Shown here piece after piece: positions 55,819 to 61,900 of a stretch of 64,000 nucleotides of DNA. The DNA is from Flavobacteriales bacterium (GTDB lineage: Bacteria > Bacteroidota > Bacteroidia > Flavobacteriales > UBA7430), in contig JAKMFX010000016.1 of assembly GCA_022425195.1 (NCBI GenBank), positions 11,831-75,830 on the forward strand, in the 5' to 3' direction. The position numbers were made by a program, and so were the translations under genes. Each line of letters starts with the position of its first letter. Positions within the stretch are counted from its first letter, which is position 1. The notes beneath the pieces were generated by a model. It had not been told where the DNA came from, did no database searches, and saw nothing but the letters and a program-made list of their open reading frames with translations.

Positions 55819-58773
55819 ATGAAGAAGTTAGCTTTATTTCTTTTTGGTGTCTTTGCGACCACTTTTACGGTGAACGCTCAGATTACTTCTGCCTCATTCA
55901 CGACTCCCGTGAATACAGGTGCAAACATGACCGTTGGTATGAATGCCACTAAATTCGATCAATTCGAAGGCGGAACTATCGGTGCTTTTTATGATTTGAA
56001 TGGTGATGGTACTCTACAATGTGTAGGTTCTGAAGCTATTTTAACAGGATTTTTTGGTCTTGCCATTTGGGGTGATGACTCATCTACTCCTGAAACAGAT
56101 GGTCTTGCCTCTGGTGCAGTTCCACAATTTGCTATCTTACACGAAGGTGACGTAATCTTGATTGACGAGATTCCTCAGTTTACTGGTTACGTGACTAATG
56201 GTATGGCTAACATTACCGATGCTAACTTAACATCTGCTGTTGCAGGATGTACTGACGCTAGTGCATGTAATGCAATGGCTATGTACTCTGACGTGACTTA
56301 TTCTGATGATGGTTCTTGTACTTACGCTTCTACAGGTTATGACTGTGATGGTGTTTGTTTGGTAGATACCGACAACGATGGTGTTTGTGATGAGTTTGAG
56401 GTTGCAGGTTGTCAAGATGCTTCTGCTTGTAACTACGACGCTTTGGCTACAGATTCTGATGGTTCATGTGATTTCCCTCAAATGTACTACGATTGTGCGG
56501 GTCAATGTATCAGTGATGTAGATGCTGATGGTGTATGTGATGAACTTGAAGTAGAAGGATGTCAAGACGAAGCTTACGATAACTATGATGCTTCTGCAAC
56601 TGATGCAGGTACATGTACAGGTCTTTTAGGTTGTACAGATTCTTTGTATTTTGAATACTACGCTGTTTCGCCCCCAACATGGAGTGATATTGTGGCTGAT
56701 AACTCAGCAGGGTACGAAGTTGATGACATGTCATGTGTTACTGAAATTGTTGTTGGATGTACCAATCCTGCAGCCTCTAATTTCAATCCTGATGCCAATG
56801 TGAACATCACAGATGAGAGTCATCCAGATGCTTGTGTTATTGAAGGTATAAACTTTACTCCACTATCCGATTCTGATAATTCTTCGATAGTTCTTACAGG
56901 AAACAACATGTCTTTGTTGTTCCAGCCAGAAGATGATACTAAGTTCGATGCTGCTAGCTCTACCATAGAAGCTGGTGATATTCTTGCTGCAGTATACGAA
57001 ACAGACCGTTTAGAAAACGAGTTTTTGGGATACTCTGCCATTTCTGGTCTTGCCAATGCAGGTTCAGTTGTCTGGACAGGTGGTCAAGTTGGTTTGGCTG
57101 TATTTGGAGCTGACAACCAGTTAAACAATAACGGTTTTGATACTTATGAAGATCTAAAATGGCAAATTTTAAGAGACGGTGTTGCATATCACGCTTCTGT
57201 TACTTATTTGAACCCATCTTATGACGGTACCTACGAGGATGGTTTGTATGTGGCCGTTAAGTCGATAACTGTTGGTGCTCCTACAAACAATGGCTGTACT
57301 GATGGAACTTACATGGAGTATGACCCATTGGCAACTGAAGATGATGGGTCTTGTTCTACCTTCATATCTGTAGGATGTAATGACAGTCAATTTGTTAACT
57401 ATGCAGGAGCAGATGTTGATGCTGACGCAATTCACGACAATGCCGAAAACTTCGGTGATGCTTTCGGACAAAACTACACTGTTGATTTGAATAATGGCCA
57501 AACTTCAGCTTCTGGTGCGCCTGCTACGATTCATGATGTAGATCTATGTCAGACGCAAGTTCCTGGTTGTACATACCCTTACGCGGGTAACTACGATGAT
57601 GCAGCTACTGAAGATGACGGTTCATGTGACTGGTCTACGTACGCTCTTAAATCGGTTGATCCTGTTACAGGAGAAGTGATCAGTGTAGATTACAGCTTCG
57701 GTGCCGACGACGATGACTCAACCGGCGACTGGAATGGTTCTGATTTCGAATACGCAAATAAATTATACCAAGACGGTAATATGGGTACAGGTCACGTTGT
57801 GACAGACTTAATTGCTTCTTACGACGCGTTTACTTCTCAGTACAAGGCTGACTCTACAAATTTCGCTATTAACGATTCAACATGGAGTGCAGATTACGAT
57901 ACCCTTAATGCCGTTTGGCAACGTACTTACGACGATACTCTTGCTGATGTAGCTTTATGGTTTGCGGCTGATGAGTTGGCTGATTCTATCCAGTTAGCTG
58001 ATACAACTGAGTACTTGTGGAATTTGTACAACGATACTCTTGCTGATGTAGCTGTATGGTTTGCAGCTGATGAGTTGGCTGACTCAATCCAGTTAGCTGA
58101 TACAACAGTGTACTTGTGGGATTTATACAACGATACTCTTGCTGATGTAGCTGTATGGTTTGCTGCTGATGAGGCAGCTGATGCACAAGAATTGGCTGAT
58201 ACCATCGAAGCTATGCAAGCTCGTTATGATGCCAACCATGCTGCTCACCTTGCTTTAGAGGCTAGAATTACTGATTCATTAAATTACCACAGAGCACCAA
58301 TCGAAATTGATTTACACACAGGTTGGAATACAGTTGGTTATTACTTACAACACAGTTCTTCTGTTATTGGTCAGTTTGAGGCTCAATTTGGTTCTGAACT
58401 GGATGTTGCGAATAACATCAATATTGTTAAGAATAACGAAGGTCTATTCTACTGGCCAGACTTCGCATTCGATGGTCTAGTTACGTTAGAGCCTGGTCAA
58501 GGTTATCAAGTACGTGTGAAAGACACGTCAAATGGTAAAGGAGACTTCGTATTCCTTCACGAAATTGATCGTGATGACTACAGAGTTCTTACTCCTACAG
58601 TGCCAGTATGGGCTCTTGAAATGGAAGTTGAGAACCATCCTAACGATATTCGCACTCTTGTACGTGTTGTAAACATGTTAGGTCAAGAGGTGAATCCTGC
58701 TGAACAATTCAACGGTGAAGTATTATTGTACTTGTACAATGACGGAACTGTAGAGAAGAAAATGGTGAAATAA
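55819..58773 (+). CDS. T9SS-secreted modular Cys-repeat protein (984 aa)
   Basis: Signal peptide ...TVNAQ. The protein has two NTG...WGDD-type modules, about 8 GC.D..A.NY...DDGSC repeats interleaved with DxDxDGVCDE (TSP3-like) motifs, and 2.7 copies of a 33-aa repeat. It also has a GWNT.GY...FYWP...GQGY module and a C-terminal beta tail VNMLGQEV...LLYLYNDGTVEKKMVK. Confidence 0.75.
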   Translation: MKKLALFLFGVFATTFTVNAQITSASFTTPVNTGANMTVGMNATKFDQFEGGTIGAFYDLNGDGTLQCVGSEAILTGFFGLAIWGDDSSTPETDGLASGAVPQFAILHEGDVILIDEIPQFTGYVTNGMANITDANLTSAVAGCTDASACNAMAMYSDVTYSDDGSCTYASTGYDCDGVCLVDTDNDGVCDEFEVAGCQDASACNYDALATDSDGSCDFPQMYYDCAGQCISDVDADGVCDELEVEGCQDEAYDNYDASATDAGTCTGLLGCTDSLYFEYYAVSPPTWSDIVADNSAGYEVDDMSCVTEIVVGCTNPAASNFNPDANVNITDESHPDACVIEGINFTPLSDSDNSSIVLTGNNMSLLFQPEDDTKFDAASSTIEAGDILAAVYETDRLENEFLGYSAISGLANAGSVVWTGGQVGLAVFGADNQLNNNGFDTYEDLKWQILRDGVAYHASVTYLNPSYDGTYEDGLYVAVKSITVGAPTNNGCTDGTYMEYDPLATEDDGSCSTFISVGCNDSQFVNYAGADVDADAIHDNAENFGDAFGQNYTVDLNNGQTSASGAPATIHDVDLCQTQVPGCTYPYAGNYDDAATEDDGSCDWSTYALKSVDPVTGEVISVDYSFGADDDDSTGDWNGSDFEYANKLYQDGNMGTGHVVTDLIASYDAFTSQYKADSTNFAINDSTWSADYDTLNAVWQRTYDDTLADVALWFAADELADSIQLADTTEYLWNLYNDTLADVAVWFAADELADSIQLADTTVYLWDLYNDTLADVAVWFAADEAADAQELADTIEAMQARYDANHAAHLALEARITDSLNYHRAPIEIDLHTGWNTVGYYLQHSSSVIGQFEAQFGSELDVANNINIVKNNEGLFYWPDFAFDGLVTLEPGQGYQVRVKDTSNGKGDFVFLHEIDRDDYRVLTPTVPVWALEMEVENHPNDIRTLVRVVNMLGQEVNPAEQFNGEVLLYLYNDGTVEKKMVK
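57928..58200 (+). repeat. Near-perfect 99-nt (33-aa) in-frame tandem repeat, about 2.7 copies
   Basis: The units are 57928-58026, 58027-58125 and 58126 to about 58200. They encode Y[DN]DTLADVA[LV]WFAADELADSIQLADTT[EV]YLW[ND]L. Units 1 and 2 differ at only a few nucleotides. Confidence 0.9.
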
Positions 58774-58794
58774 TCATTTAGTTCTCATAACATT

Positions 58795-58826
58795 AAAAAG
58801 AGCTGCATTTTGCAGCTCTTTTTTTG
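58795..58826 (+). terminator. Intrinsic terminator after 55819 gene
   Basis: The stem GAGCTGCA/TGCAGCTC is followed by T7. Confidence 0.7.
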
Positions 58827-58953
58827 TTTTAAATAGTTTTTTATCATTGTCTTCATTTTTGAACTATTTTTCATATATTGATTAATGCCTTATTACAACT
58901 TTATTAATGAGCTGTTTTCAGTCCATTAAGGATAATTGGTAGCGGAAAAAATA

Positions 58954-58961
58954 TAAATTTG
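58954..58961 (+). promoter_or_regulatory. -7 box TAAATTTG for the giant ORF
   Basis: It matches TAnnTTTG 18 nt upstream of ATG 58980. This predicts a very short leader beginning around AAACCCCC. Confidence 0.45.
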
Positions 58962-58979
58962 TAGAAACCCCCAATTTCA

Positions 58980-61900
58980 ATGAAGTATTTTACCCCTTCT
59001 ATTAAAGCTTGGTTTCAACTAAGCTTATTGTTTTTCTCATTAGTATCTAATGCTCAGGATTGTGATTTAGATTTTTCCTATACCAATACAGGGTCTAATA
59101 TGATCATCATGGTTAATGGTGATGCCTTACAGAATGAGGTTTTAGGTCAGGGTGATTTTCTGGGAGCTTTCATATATCTTGACGATGTATGGCAATGTGT
59201 GGGATCTATAGAATGGAATGGTGCACAACAAACGCTTGCAGTTTGGGGAAATGACACTGGATCTGGCGTTCAGGATGGGATGATGGCTACTGAGCCAGTA
59301 GTCCTTAAAGCAAAATCTAACGGTGTTATTTATGACGTTTCATATGACCCTGAAATTACTTTTGAAGTTAATGGTATTGAAGTCTTAAACTCGGCATTGT
59401 CTTTTGTACCCTTGTGTGATGATCAAGGGAATGTGTATGGTTGTACCAGCAACAGTTATGAAGAATACAATCCTGAGGCTACGCTCGATGATGGCTCGTG
59501 TAGCACTCTTGGTGTTGTCAATGGGTGTACCATAGCTAATTATGTAGAGTACAATCCACAAGCTACCGTGTATGATGGCTCTTGTCAAACGCTTGCCGTA
59601 TGGGGATGTATGAATGCAGATTACATTGAATTTGATGCGAATGCAAATGTCTCTGATGGGTCTTGCACCACTTTGATCGTAAGTGGATGTACCAATACGA
59701 ATTATATAGAGTTCAGCGCTGCAGCTAATAGTGATGATGGCTCTTGTTCTAATTACAAAATTGAAGGCTGTACCGACTCAAATTTTCTTGAGTTCAGCGT
59801 AACCGCAAATACAGATGATGGTTCATGTGTCACAGCTGCTATTTTAGGTTGTATGAATCCCTTGTATTTAGAATATGATTCGAATGTCAATAAGGATAAT
59901 GGTTCCTGTGCTACATTTATCATTTATGGTTGTATGGATAATGAGGCCTATAATTTCGACCCACAAGCAACCGTGTCTGATGATTCCTGCATAGCGGCTA
60001 TCTATGGCTGTACCAACTCAAACTTCGCTGAATACAACTCAGAAGCGAATACAAATGACGGCTCTTGTGTTACGGCTCTTCTAGTTGGATGTACTGATAT
60101 TTTCTCTTTGAATTACAATCCTATGGCAGAAGTTGATGATGGGTCTTGTGTCAGTGTTGTTTTTGGATGTACCGAAACAACAGCTTTTAACTTTGATGCT
60201 TCAGCCAATTTAAATGATGGTTCTTGTATTGCAAAAGCATATGGATGTATGGATTCAAATGCTTATAATTATGACAGCCAGGCAAATATTGACGACAACT
60301 CTTGTGTTGCTAAGATCAATGGTTGCATGAATCCTCTTTACATGGAGTACAATGCTGTGGCCAATACAGATCCAGGAATGTGCCACATACTTCTCGTATA
60401 CGGATGTATGAATTCAAAAGCTTCCAATTATTTAGAAGATGCATCTATCGATGATGGATCTTGTTATTTTAACGGCTGTATGGATGTGTCTGCAATAAAC
60501 TATGAATCCTATGCAACCAGGAATGATGGGTCTTGTTTGTATATAAACCCATGTGATCTTCCTTCTCAGTATACCGGCAACACCGGTAGTAATATGATTG
60601 TAGGTTTTATTCAGTCCGCCATTGCATCCTTACCCATTACTAATGATCAGGCTTATATCGTTGCCCTGTCTTCCGATCATCGAGTTGTGGGTTCCGTTCA
60701 AATGGATGATTTTGATGGGACGATAGCTGTTTGGGGTGATGATACTGCAACTCCTGAGATTGATGGAGCAAGATCTTTTACTTCTGTTCGGTTACAGCTG
60801 GTCAATTCAAATGTTTTGTACGATATTATGGTTGATGATATTACCTATACGAATAATGATATTGTCTTATTTCAATCTGCAGATTATCAAATCGTAAATT
60901 GTGGAAATGATATGGGATGTACGGATTCTACTGCTGTAAATTATGATCCATTAGCAGAAGTTGATGATAATTCTTGCGTATATCCCGTCTATGGATGTAC
61001 AGATCCTTATGCATTTAACTTCAATCCTTTGGCTGTGATTAATGAGGTCTCAAAAGAGGATGACACCGACCCATGTGCTCCTGTTATTAAGGGCTGTACA
61101 GATTCATCAGCTTTTAATTTTGACAACTCAGCAAATACAGATGACGGTTCATGTATCCCTGTTTTGCTGGGATGTACAGATCAAACTGCTGCAAATTATC
61201 ATCCGCATGCCAATATAGATGATGGTTCATGTGAAGCACAAATCGTTTATTGTAACAACCCAATTGCCCTTAATTACAATCCAAGTCCAGATGAAGAAAC
61301 AAATAAAGGAAACGGAAATGGCAACGGAAATAATAATGGAAATGGAAATGGCTTTAGCGGTTCTAATGCAGGAGGAAATAACGGCTGTATTTATGGAATT
61401 TCTGGTTGTACGAATGAAAATGCCATCAATTACAATCCTGAAGCGGTTGTAGACAAAGGGAATTGTGTGGTCTTAATATCTGGTTGCAACAAGCCCAATG
61501 CCATCAATTATAACCCTGAGGCTAACAAAAATGACGGATCCTGTATCAAGCGCGTCCGGGGTTGTATGGATGAAAATGCCGTAAACTATAATCCGAATGC
61601 GAATGAAGATAAAGGAAATTGTAGGTTAAGAGTGCTTGGTTGTATAAATCCTAAGGCTTTAAATTATAATCCTGATGCCAATAAAAATGACGGTTCCTGT
61701 GAAAGAATCAGATCAGGTTGCATGGATTCCGATGCTATAAATTACAAATCAAATGCCAATGTGGATGATGGGACTTGTATTGAAGTGATTCATGGTTGTA
61801 TGAATCCCAATGCCCTAAACTACCATCCTGAAGCGAATAAAAATGATGGGTCTTGCCAGCGTGCCATTAAAGGGTGTACCAATCCGCTGGCAATAAATTA

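Noticed and set aside
57927-58205. Antisense ORFs 57927..58205 and 57986..58186
   Set aside because: They are generated by the 99-nt tandem repeat. The sense frame belongs to a long, signal-peptide-bearing protein with conserved modules.
61219-61452. Track ORFs 61219..61452 and 62473..62658 (+) and 59385..59588, 63564..63764 (-)
   Set aside because: All lie in alternative frames or on the opposite strand inside the giant frame-3 ORF. They are by-products of the repetitive codon composition.
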